Program-made: the position numbers and the translations under genes | Notes under the pieces: model-generated | The model's database searches: none | What the model was told of the DNA's origin: nothing | The model's input: only the letters and a program-made list of their open reading frames with translations | Part shown: positions 38,916 to 47,096 of the stretch, one piece after another | Numbering within the stretch: the first letter of the stretch is position 1 | How the letters are laid out: each line of letters starts with the position of its first letter | Origin: an uncultured delta proteobacterium | Lineage (GTDB): Bacteria; Desulfobacterota; BSN033; UBA1163 | Direction of reading: 5' to 3' | Assembly (NCBI GenBank): GCA_963708295.1 | Contig: CAVPSJ010000007.1 | Span: 64,001 to 128,000, forward strand | Length of the DNA: 64,000 nucleotides

Positions 38916-39401
38916 ATGGACCAAAAGGTATTGGTCGTCGATCAGCAAAGGTGCACGGGATGCCGTCTGTGCGAGTTGGTGTGCTCGGTGTTTCATACAG
39001 GAACAAGCAATCCAAGTCGCGCGCGGGTCAAAATTATCAAGTGGGAGGATGAGGGATTATACCTTCCCATGGCCTGCAATCACTGCGAGAAAGCCTATTG
39101 CGTCGAGGTTTGCCCGACAAAGGCTTGTCATCGGGAGTCTGAAAATAATAATCGGGTGACCATCGACAAAAATTTGTGCATTGGATGCAGGACCTGCATC
39201 ATCGCCTGCCCCTTTGGCCATCCTTTCTTCGATACCCAGGAACGGGTCACCGTGAAATGCGATTATTGTGACGGAGATCCGCAGTGTGTTCGCTTCTGTG
39301 ATATCAAGGCCATCTCTTTTACGGATGCAGACAAGACAAACGTGGTCAAAAAGCGAGAGGCTGCGTTGAAGTTTAGAAAATCGATCAATCCGCCAAGATA
39401 G
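38916..39401 (+). CDS. 4Fe-4S ferredoxin-like protein (AOR-associated)
   Basis: CTGCRLCELVC, CNHCEKAYCVEVCP, CIGCRTCIIACP, CDYCDGDPQCVRFC. Confidence 0.9.
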   Translation: MDQKVLVVDQQRCTGCRLCELVCSVFHTGTSNPSRARVKIIKWEDEGLYLPMACNHCEKAYCVEVCPTKACHRESENNNRVTIDKNLCIGCRTCIIACPFGHPFFDTQERVTVKCDYCDGDPQCVRFCDIKAISFTDADKTNVVKKREAALKFRKSINPPR

Positions 39402-39404
39402 CCG

Positions 39405-39436
39405 ACACCCTGCTGCCCTCCGCGGCAGGGTGTTTT
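39405..39436 (+). terminator. Rho-independent terminator
   Basis: acaccctgc...gcagggtgt followed by ttt. Confidence 0.65.
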
Positions 39437-39530
39437 ATAAAACCTCCTGGTCGCTTCGTTGCCTTCCTCAACCGCTTACGTACGGCAGCTTTTCATTGAA
39501 CCCGTTTCCCAAATGTGACATAGTAAAAAC

Positions 39531-40847
39531 ATGATCTTCTTCACGCACCATACGAGCGAGCCTCATGGAATATTAGGGGCTCAAGTGGCGGCAACGTTCT
39601 TCGCTCGAAAACTCTTGATACCCGCCATCGTCGTCGGGATCGAGCGGAGCTTCTCGAGCGACCGGCTCCTTCGTTTCGTGGATGAATACTACGCAGGAAA
39701 GCAAAAGATCGCGGCCTTTTCACATCTCTGTGGTAGAAAAGATCTCATGAAACTGATTCAGGAGCTGAAGCAGAAGGGGTTCATCACTCTCCTGGGGGGA
39801 CCGCAGTCCCGTCAGGATTATGTCGGCGAGCCAGATGCGAACTCGCATCCACACCGGTTCGGAGGGCTGAAATCCGCGGTCGATATCGCCTTTCATGGCC
39901 CGGTGAATCTCCTCAAACCCGAACATCTGGAAGGGGGGCAAGTGCTCCTCGATTACCCGTGGACAAACAACATCTTCCTGGAGGTTGACTGGTCGAACAT
40001 CTATACGTTCTCCGACACCCCGCGGAAGCTTGATGTTAAGATGGGACAAGTGCTGAATACGATCGGCTGCGCGTACGCCTGCAAGCCTCAGACAATAATT
40101 CTTCCGCCGCCGACTGACCTCCGCGAAAAAGGTGTTGCGGAATTTGAAGTTCGGAGCGAAGGATGCATTTTCTGCGACGTCTCACGGGATAAGGGTTACC
40201 ACGGCGCCTTAGATCGTGACAGGCTTATGGCTCAAATTGAAGGGCTTCCTGAGGTTGACGGAAGAAAGATTCCCTTTGAACTGATAGATGAATATCCCAT
40301 TCGCTCTCTCGGAAAGCTGATCGAGGACGCTCAACGCCATGAGATCAAGCTATCGCAGATCAACCTGGTCTGTCGGGTCGACGACGTCAATGTGCATGCC
40401 TCCGACCTCCCGGAAATCCTTTCCCTCGCAAGAAGTGAGGATATAAAAATCATGTTTTCGTCGATCGGGTTTGAATCGTTCAGCGATCGGTTGCTTCAAT
40501 ATTTCTGTAAAGGGATTTCCGTGGAAGACATCGTGAAATGTGTCGAAACGCTGCGCCGATTGAAAGACCGGTACGGCAGCACCTTCCTCTACCGACGGGA
40601 TGAGGGGGCAAATCACGGTTTTATTCGTCCCACGCCCTGGGATGACAGCGAAACGATGCAGGAAGTGGACAGAAATATATTTCTCCACCGGTTCTTTGAA
40701 GATATTCTTCCCGAACACAGCACTCCCCTCATCATACACCACGCGTCTTACCTTGGAGACTGGATCCGTCAGATCGAATCGGCAACAGACATCACGTTCA
40801 GCAGGGAGGGCACCTGGATAGAATGGTGGAACCCATCCTTCAGATAG
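39531..40847 (+). CDS. Radical-SAM-like protein (B12-binding class resemblance) with a split Cys motif
   Basis: LLGGPQ; IGCAYAC-x27-CIFC; IGFESFSDRLLQYFCKG; HGFIRPTPWD. Confidence 0.6.
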   Translation: MIFFTHHTSEPHGILGAQVAATFFARKLLIPAIVVGIERSFSSDRLLRFVDEYYAGKQKIAAFSHLCGRKDLMKLIQELKQKGFITLLGGPQSRQDYVGEPDANSHPHRFGGLKSAVDIAFHGPVNLLKPEHLEGGQVLLDYPWTNNIFLEVDWSNIYTFSDTPRKLDVKMGQVLNTIGCAYACKPQTIILPPPTDLREKGVAEFEVRSEGCIFCDVSRDKGYHGALDRDRLMAQIEGLPEVDGRKIPFELIDEYPIRSLGKLIEDAQRHEIKLSQINLVCRVDDVNVHASDLPEILSLARSEDIKIMFSSIGFESFSDRLLQYFCKGISVEDIVKCVETLRRLKDRYGSTFLYRRDEGANHGFIRPTPWDDSETMQEVDRNIFLHRFFEDILPEHSTPLIIHHASYLGDWIRQIESATDITFSREGTWIEWWNPSFR

Positions 40848-40900
40848 GAAGAGGATGAATCGGGATGACCCAGCGAAGGATGCCCTCGTCTTGTCAGAAG

Positions 40901-40916
40901 GTTCACTATCGTGAAC
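40901..40916. promoter_or_regulatory. Operator GTTCACTATCGTGAAC
   Basis: One mismatch to the perfect palindrome at 33288-33303. Confidence 0.75.
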
Positions 40917-41068
40917 ATTCTCCCCAACGCAAGCTGGATGTCGAGAAAGAAACGACCAATTCGTACAAATAATTACTCATTCTTGAAAACTCTTACCCAA
41001 TCGATAGCCGGGCTTTAAACTTTAAAAACCTGCTTAGATATCCATAGGTTATAAAAATAAAGTTTGTC

Positions 41069-41136
41069 TTGACAAAGAGGTGAATTTCGTTTAATAAGAA
41101 GTTGTAGTATTTTTTTAGCCGTTCACCATTATGAAC
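41069..41136 (+). promoter_or_regulatory. Sigma70 promoter followed by operator GTTCACCATTATGAAC
   Basis: TTGACA 41069-41074, TAATAA 41092-41097, operator 41121-41136. Confidence 0.7.
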
Positions 41137-41207
41137 GCGTCTCGGAGCACGACGGAGACCTGAAGCCCATCTATCATTCATCTTCTGCCTTAAGAAAGGA
41201 GGTTGTC

Positions 41208-41489
41208 ATGGGGACCGAGAAAGAAGGACTTTCAACAGCCGAGAGCCTACGGAGTACCCGTACATACGGCCAGGTGAGGTGCCATAATCCCAGTTGCATG
41301 GGAAGACTTCAGCCGAAACCTGGAGAACCTACAGTGAAATGTCCTGTTTGCCATTTGGAATGGCGTGTCGCCTGGGTCAAGGATGGTTTTCCCCGCATCA
41401 GAGGTCCGGTGTGGGAGGTGAATAAGAGATTAGCCGATGAGGAGTATGCGAGAAAAATGAAGGAGGTTAAGAAAGATGGCCCTAAATAG
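41208..41489 (+). CDS. Small Zn-ribbon-like protein overlapping the AOR start
   Basis: CHNPSC...CPVC; perfect RBS AAGGAGGT; 14-bp overlap with the next gene. Confidence 0.8.
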   Translation: MGTEKEGLSTAESLRSTRTYGQVRCHNPSCMGRLQPKPGEPTVKCPVCHLEWRVAWVKDGFPRIRGPVWEVNKRLADEEYARKMKEVKKDGPK

Positions 41490-43416
41490 GAAGCTGGCAA
41501 TTATTGATCTCTCGACAGGTAAAATAGAAGTCAAGTCCATCCCGATTGAGGTCCGCAAGAAATTCTTGGGAGGCCGGGGACTCGATGCCTATCTGCTTTA
41601 TAATCACACAAAACAAGGATGTGACCCTCTTGGCCCTGACAACACAGTCATGGTGAGTGGCGGGGCTTTGTGCGCCACGCTGGCTTCAGCAACCTCGAGA
41701 TGCCATGTCATGGCTAAATCACCCCTCGGAGGCATGCTGGGGAGTTGCAATATGGGAGGGTTCTTCACTCCGGAGTTGGCCTGGGCAGGTTTCCATCATC
41801 TCGTCATCAAGGGTAAGGCAGAAAAACCTGTCTACCTGTGGATCCACAATGGCAAAATTGAGATCCGCGATGCCAAAAACATTTGGGGAAAAACGGTCAC
41901 GGATGCTCAATGGGCGATCCGGGATGAGCTGGGGGATGAGGACGTCAAGAGTTTGATGATCGGTCCGGCCGGTGAAAATCTCGTCAGATATGCCAATGTC
42001 ATGACCGGAATTAAGAATTCAGGCGGAAGGACCGGGATGGGAGCGGTCATGGGCTCAAAGAATCTGAAGGCTGTTGCTGCCCGCGGAACCATGGATATAA
42101 AAATCGCCCATCCGAAGGAAGCCCTCGAATATAACAAGCGCTTTATTGAGCAGATCACGAGCGCAAAGGTGAATCAAACCCAGGGAACCCTCGGGACCCC
42201 CTTTATCTGGGGAGCCACCAACTCCTGGGGGGGGGTCCGGACCAGAAACTTTCAGTATAACCAAATGCTCTACTGCGATGAAGTTGAGCCGGAATCGATC
42301 GACGACAATTGTACAGAGACGATCGGCCCCTATCACATGACAGGCTGCTTTGGCTGCCAGGTTCACTGCCGGGCCAAGTACAAGATTCCTACCGGGCCGT
42401 ATGCGGGAAAATATGATGAGGGCCCCGAATATACTTCCCAGGGCGCTTTTTCCTCAGAACCAGACATCCCAAGTCTCGAAAACCTGTTGGTGGCGAATCA
42501 CCTGGTCGATCAGTGGGGTGTGGACAATTTGGAGATCGGAAGCCTTATTTCTTGGGCGATGGAACTCTATGAACTGGGAATTCTTACCAACAAGGAGACC
42601 GATGGCCTCGAGTTGCGGTTTGGCAGCAGCGAGGCGCTTCTGGAGATGATTGAGCGAATCTGCTTCAGAAAGGGCTGGTTGGGTAATGTCTTGGCGGAAG
42701 GGGGAATTATCGCTTCCGAAAAGATTGGAAAGAATTCTTTCGACTATCTGATTCAAGTGAAAGGGGTTAGCAATCTTCATTCCGATGAGCGGGCCACCCC
42801 TGCCCTAGCGCTCAACATTGCAACGGCTTCCCGCGGCTCAGACCATTTGAGAAGCCGTCCGGCCATCGACCTGTATCATTTACCGCAAGCAGTGATGAGA
42901 AAAATCTACAGCAGCCCGGTGCCTTACGATGGGCCCTTGAGCTCGGAACATACGGAATACATCGGCAAGCCCTGGCAGGTCTTCTGGCATGAGAACTGTT
43001 ACATGGGGGTGGATTCGATGGGCATCTGTAAGTATCACACCACCTTTCTGGGCGCGACGCTTCCCAACTTTGAAGATTGGTCCAGGGTGCTTTACTACAA
43101 TACTGGACTGGAGCTGACTCCCCGGGAAATCTGGGACGCTGCCGTGCGATCTAACATGATGGAGCGACTCTTTAACCTTCGCGAAGGATTGACGAGATAC
43201 GATCTCAAAAAGGGCGATATGCTCAATCACCGCTACTTTGATGAGCCTGCTCGGAGGGGTGCCCTCGACGTGGTCGGGAGGGTCATCGATCGGGAAAAGT
43301 TCGAAAAGATGGTTGACGAACTGTATGAATATAAGGGACTGGATAAGAATGGCGTTCCGAAACCTGAAACGCTCAAGAAGCTTGGCCTGGAAAAAGAACC
43401 ATCCCACTTGCTGTGA
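41476..43416 (+). CDS. Tungsten-dependent aldehyde:ferredoxin oxidoreductase (AOR/WOR family)
   Basis: GGRGL, ATSR, KSP, IGPAGEN, GGRTGMGAVMGSKNLKA, CFGCQVHC, GPEY, DQWGVD, GSDH, DSMGIC, GVP..ETLKKLGL. Confidence 0.92.
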   Translation: MALNRKLAIIDLSTGKIEVKSIPIEVRKKFLGGRGLDAYLLYNHTKQGCDPLGPDNTVMVSGGALCATLASATSRCHVMAKSPLGGMLGSCNMGGFFTPELAWAGFHHLVIKGKAEKPVYLWIHNGKIEIRDAKNIWGKTVTDAQWAIRDELGDEDVKSLMIGPAGENLVRYANVMTGIKNSGGRTGMGAVMGSKNLKAVAARGTMDIKIAHPKEALEYNKRFIEQITSAKVNQTQGTLGTPFIWGATNSWGGVRTRNFQYNQMLYCDEVEPESIDDNCTETIGPYHMTGCFGCQVHCRAKYKIPTGPYAGKYDEGPEYTSQGAFSSEPDIPSLENLLVANHLVDQWGVDNLEIGSLISWAMELYELGILTNKETDGLELRFGSSEALLEMIERICFRKGWLGNVLAEGGIIASEKIGKNSFDYLIQVKGVSNLHSDERATPALALNIATASRGSDHLRSRPAIDLYHLPQAVMRKIYSSPVPYDGPLSSEHTEYIGKPWQVFWHENCYMGVDSMGICKYHTTFLGATLPNFEDWSRVLYYNTGLELTPREIWDAAVRSNMMERLFNLREGLTRYDLKKGDMLNHRYFDEPARRGALDVVGRVIDREKFEKMVDELYEYKGLDKNGVPKPETLKKLGLEKEPSHLL

Positions 43417-43438
43417 TTTCTTTGAAAGGAGAAAGTGA

Positions 43439-43948
43439 ATGGAATCCATGGGTAAAGTACTTGCGATCACTCCGGAAAAGTGCACCGGATGTAGGCTTTG
43501 TGAACTCGTCTGCTCGGTTTTTCATGACGGCGTCTCCAACGCGGCCCGAAGCCGCATAAAGGTTATGAAATGGGAGACAGAAGGACTCTATATCCCCATG
43601 TCCTGCCAGCAGTGTCAGGATGCTCCCTGTATGTCGGTTTGCCCCGTAAAAGCCATCTCCCGGGATGAGAAGCTCAGCCGGGTGATGGTTGATCACAACA
43701 TTTGCATCGGCTGCCGTTCTTGTGTGTCGGTCTGCCCCTTTGGCGCGATGAATTTCAGTGTCATTGACCGAAAGAATTTCAAATGTGACCTTTGTGACGG
43801 AGATCCGCAGTGCGTTCGTTTCTGTGATATGAAGGCTGTGGACTACGTGGAGGCTGACCGGGTGAGTATCGCCAAGAAGAGAGCTGCTGCCGAAAAAATC
43901 ACGATCGCTCAGAGGCAGGCCGTCGCCTTAGAGTCAGAATCGCACTAA
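43439..43948 (+). CDS. 4Fe-4S ferredoxin-like AOR partner
   Basis: CTGCRLCELVC, CQQCQDAPCMSVCP, CIGCRSCVSVCP, CDLCDGDPQCVRFC. Confidence 0.9.
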   Translation: MESMGKVLAITPEKCTGCRLCELVCSVFHDGVSNAARSRIKVMKWETEGLYIPMSCQQCQDAPCMSVCPVKAISRDEKLSRVMVDHNICIGCRSCVSVCPFGAMNFSVIDRKNFKCDLCDGDPQCVRFCDMKAVDYVEADRVSIAKKRAAAEKITIAQRQAVALESESH

Positions 43949-43973
43949 GACAGATCGATTGAGTTTCTAAAAA

Positions 43974-44010
43974 CATAAAAAAGGGCTGGTAGAACCAGCC
44001 TTTTTTTATG
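43974..44010. terminator. Bidirectional terminator between convergent genes
   Basis: cataaaaaagggctggt-aga-accagcctttttttatg. Confidence 0.9.
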
Positions 44011-44077
44011 TCCCCTTCTCTTAGCTTCAAAATTGGACGTGTAAGAAAATGTATCCTTTGGCGCTGACTCCATATTT

Positions 44078-45667
44078 TCAGTCAGACGAGGACTCGGGAT
44101 TCATCGCTTTTCGGCCCCTTTCTCTTGCGTTAATCGTTTGTTTGCTTTCAGCCGCTTTCTTCTGACCATGAAATACCTTGGCCGAAGAATCATGATTGGT
44201 CCTAAACATGGCCATGATCGATGCCAACTCCTCCGCCCCCGCTGCATTCTGTTGTGTCAAATTGTTCATTTCCGCCACGGCCCGACTGACCTGATCAATT
44301 CCAAGAGATTGCTCTTGTGAGGACCCCGCAATCTCCGCGATCAGCTGTACCACTTTACCTGAACTTTCCATAATCTCCTTAAACGCCTCGCTCGTCACCC
44401 CCACCAACTTCTCGCCATTCCTGATCTTCTTCACGATATCCTCTATCAAACCGGACGTGTTTTTCGCGGCTTCTGCCGCCCGGATTGCCAAATTCCTCAC
44501 CTCATCCGCCACCACGGCAAACCCTGCACCCGCTTCCCCCGCGCGAGCCGCTTCAACCGCCGCGTTCAATGCGAGAAGGTTCGTTTGGAAAGCAATTTCA
44601 TCGATGGTCTTGACGATCTTCTGTGTCTGCTCGCTGCCCGCCGCGATCTCCTTCATTGAACCTGTCAGTCCACCCATGGACACGTTGGCTTTCTCGATAA
44701 TCTGCTGGGCCGTAGACATGAGATTGTTTGCCTGGGCCGCGTTTCCCGCGGTTTGCTTGGTTTGGGATGTCATCTCCTCCAAGGAGGAAGAGGTCTCCTC
44801 CAGGGAAGCCGCCTGTTCGGACGCCGCTTCTGATAAACCCTGAGACATTGCTACCGACTGGCCCACCGTCTCTCCCATCTTCATCCGCATCGTATCCACG
44901 GACTGAGCTAATTGCCCAATCTCGTCCCGGGAGAACAACCCCATCTCTTGGGTCAAGTCCCCCTCCGCTATTCGCTGGATCACCCGCATCGTATCACCGA
45001 CCGGACGGGTAATGAGCCTGGTCGTCAAAAAGCTGATCACCACCGATAACCCTACGGCAAGTCCCAATACCAGGATAAAGATTTTTAGTACTGAGTTGAA
45101 ACTCGTGAGTGAAGAATCATGTTTTTCTTGGCTTAGCCTGTTTTCAAGATCCAATAATTCATGTAAACTCCCATTCAGTTTTTGGAACTTTTCATCAGCC
45201 GTCGCCATAAACATGGTGGCATAATTGAGATCTGAATTCGCCAGATCAATAGCTGCAAGACAAGATTTCTTGTATGCTGTAAAGTCAGTAGTGATTGTTT
45301 GATATAAAGTTTTTTCCTCTTGAGTTAACCAATCCAATTGGAGAGCTTTCCCAATCAGGTCAGCCGTTCGACCTAAAGTCGCCATTTGCTCTTTTCCGAG
45401 AAGCTCGATCTTTTTGTCTTCATATTTGGCATCCGCCCAACTGATGACCTTGTAGAGGTTGGCATGAACATTGGTAATATCTTTGACGATCGTAGCCCCG
45501 GTCTGATAAGCCTTAAAACGCTCGTCAAAAATGTTATCGATGGCCGATCGTTGGCTGGAAAGATTGTAGTAGGCAACCAAACCCAATACGACGAGAAAGA
45601 AAATAATCACCAAAGGAGTCACTAGCAATTTTTTCGACAATTTTAGATTTAGAAAGAATCTCTTCAT
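44078..45667 (-). CDS. Methyl-accepting chemotaxis protein (helical periplasmic sensor, HAMP)
   Basis: Two TMs, [34 protein letters not shown]. Confidence 0.92.
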   Translation of the reverse strand: MKRFFLNLKLSKKLLVTPLVIIFFLVVLGLVAYYNLSSQRSAIDNIFDERFKAYQTGATIVKDITNVHANLYKVISWADAKYEDKKIELLGKEQMATLGRTADLIGKALQLDWLTQEEKTLYQTITTDFTAYKKSCLAAIDLANSDLNYATMFMATADEKFQKLNGSLHELLDLENRLSQEKHDSSLTSFNSVLKIFILVLGLAVGLSVVISFLTTRLITRPVGDTMRVIQRIAEGDLTQEMGLFSRDEIGQLAQSVDTMRMKMGETVGQSVAMSQGLSEAASEQAASLEETSSSLEEMTSQTKQTAGNAAQANNLMSTAQQIIEKANVSMGGLTGSMKEIAAGSEQTQKIVKTIDEIAFQTNLLALNAAVEAARAGEAGAGFAVVADEVRNLAIRAAEAAKNTSGLIEDIVKKIRNGEKLVGVTSEAFKEIMESSGKVVQLIAEIAGSSQEQSLGIDQVSRAVAEMNNLTQQNAAGAEELASIMAMFRTNHDSSAKVFHGQKKAAESKQTINARERGRKAMNPESSSD

Positions 45668-45776
45668 ACTTTCTCCTTCATCTTCCCAGCAACATAAGGT
45701 GCCCCGGCGGCGAAAGAAGACATCGTTTTTTTAGCTACCTGAGGAAATGATCTTATTCAACCCGCTGTGAGATGAT

Positions 45777-46241
45777 TTATCTTTTATAAACGCCACAACC
45801 GACGATTAGATTTTCGACCCTCTCCACATAGGCAGACTTGGGCTCAAGCTTTTTCGTAATGGGATCCGTAAACTTATAGTCCTGCCAACCCTTTCCTTTT
45901 GTTTTGCAAATTTCAATTCTCTCTTTCACGAAGTACTTCCCATCCGGATCCTTCATTTCAACGAGATCTTTTCCAATCATTTTTGGGTTAAATCCATGGG
46001 CAACACACTTACCTTCCATGTCATACACAAAAACATAAAGGTCCCGATCGATAAACTTTCCTTTTGGGTTATTAATCTCAGCAAATGCCTTGTCTCTCCC
46101 GTCGGCTTTGATTAATTGGACCGCTTTCTTCACCAATGCCTCTGCCTCAGCGGTCGTCCCAAATTCAGCAGCAAAGGTCATGCGCCCTGTTATTAGCACC
46201 AGCAAACTAACCCCAATCATCACTGCAATAAGTTTTTTCAT
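45777..46241 (-). CDS. Secreted stand-alone single Cache domain protein
   Basis: Signal peptide; AEALVKKA, DLYVFVYD..G.CVAHG, KDPDGK, GWQDY, IVGCGVY. Confidence 0.85.
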   Translation of the reverse strand: MKKLIAVMIGVSLLVLITGRMTFAAEFGTTAEAEALVKKAVQLIKADGRDKAFAEINNPKGKFIDRDLYVFVYDMEGKCVAHGFNPKMIGKDLVEMKDPDGKYFVKERIEICKTKGKGWQDYKFTDPITKKLEPKSAYVERVENLIVGCGVYKR

Positions 46242-46301
46242 CGAAGCACCTCCTCATAGAAATTTGACAAAGATGGGATGAGAATATTCTGGAGCCGATA
46301 T

Positions 46302-46318
46302 AGCATATTCCATGCCAA
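46302..46318 (-). promoter_or_regulatory. Sigma54 (-24/-12) promoter for the Cache-MCP pair
   Basis: Minus strand TTGGCATGGAATATGCT: GG and GC correctly spaced, about 60 bp upstream of the ATG. Confidence 0.65.
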
Positions 46319-47096
46319 ATAATTTATTTTCAGGGACAGGGTGAATTAAAGGTGAAGAATCGTTGGAAAGGGGTCAACAAGAAAGATTGACTGGCTAACA
46401 AAGGGTGAGTTTTGTGCTTCTGATTTCATAAACTTCCCTAGTATTTTTAGGGATTTAGCCATGAGATCCAAAGGGACTCTGTTTTGATTCCGCACGAGTT
46501 CCTCCAGATTTCTAGACTTGTCGCTCAAGAATCTTGGCATTGTACAAGGATCGATCTGCTAAGTTGTTCCGAACGGATCGTTCAAGAACGACCACGAGAA
46601 CCCTCATAAGTGATCAGAAAATTATCAGTCTGTCGTAGAAGAAACTAAAGAAAGCATGTTTACGACGGATTATCTGTGAGCTAAATTCAAGAGCAAGCTT
46701 TTATTTTTTCTAGTTAAAACGGTAGGTTACTTAGTTACACCGTATGAACGTTCAGGATTAACGGAGAAATACTCGTTTGGAAAAAAATGGTAAAAAATCA
46801 TACTTGAGCAATCTACTTTTGACATTTATTGCGCATCTTATCTCTCTCCGCCCCCATTGGCTCTCACATGTCTCCGGATTCGATCGTTCGATGAAAGGAA
46901 TCTCTCCATTTAAAGGAAAGAGCTAATTAATCCTTGTTTTCGACCAAAGGATTTTCAGAAAAGGGCTTAGTCGATGCCGGTATATGGAGTAAAAAGCGAT
47001 CAAACAATGGAAGGATGGAACAATAATTGCATTAATGCCTACAGTTTCAAAGGATTAAACACAATAATCACGTCATTTCCCTTAGGAGGTACCAAA

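Noticed and set aside
41476-43416. Class II benzoyl-CoA reductase BamB
   Set aside because: It has the standard AOR GPEY and GSDH motifs rather than BamB-type segments as I recall them, and no bamDEFGHI-like genes are adjacent.
16521-43948. Selenocysteine or pyrrolysine read-through in the redox enzymes
   Set aside because: The CCG, MopB and AOR frames have no in-frame TGA or TAG at Cys-equivalent positions.
46320-47096. c-di-GMP riboswitch or sigma28 promoter ahead of the MCPs
   Set aside because: No GEMM-like GGCAAA/GCAAAG pattern was seen, and the GCCGGTAT candidate lacks a correctly spaced -35.
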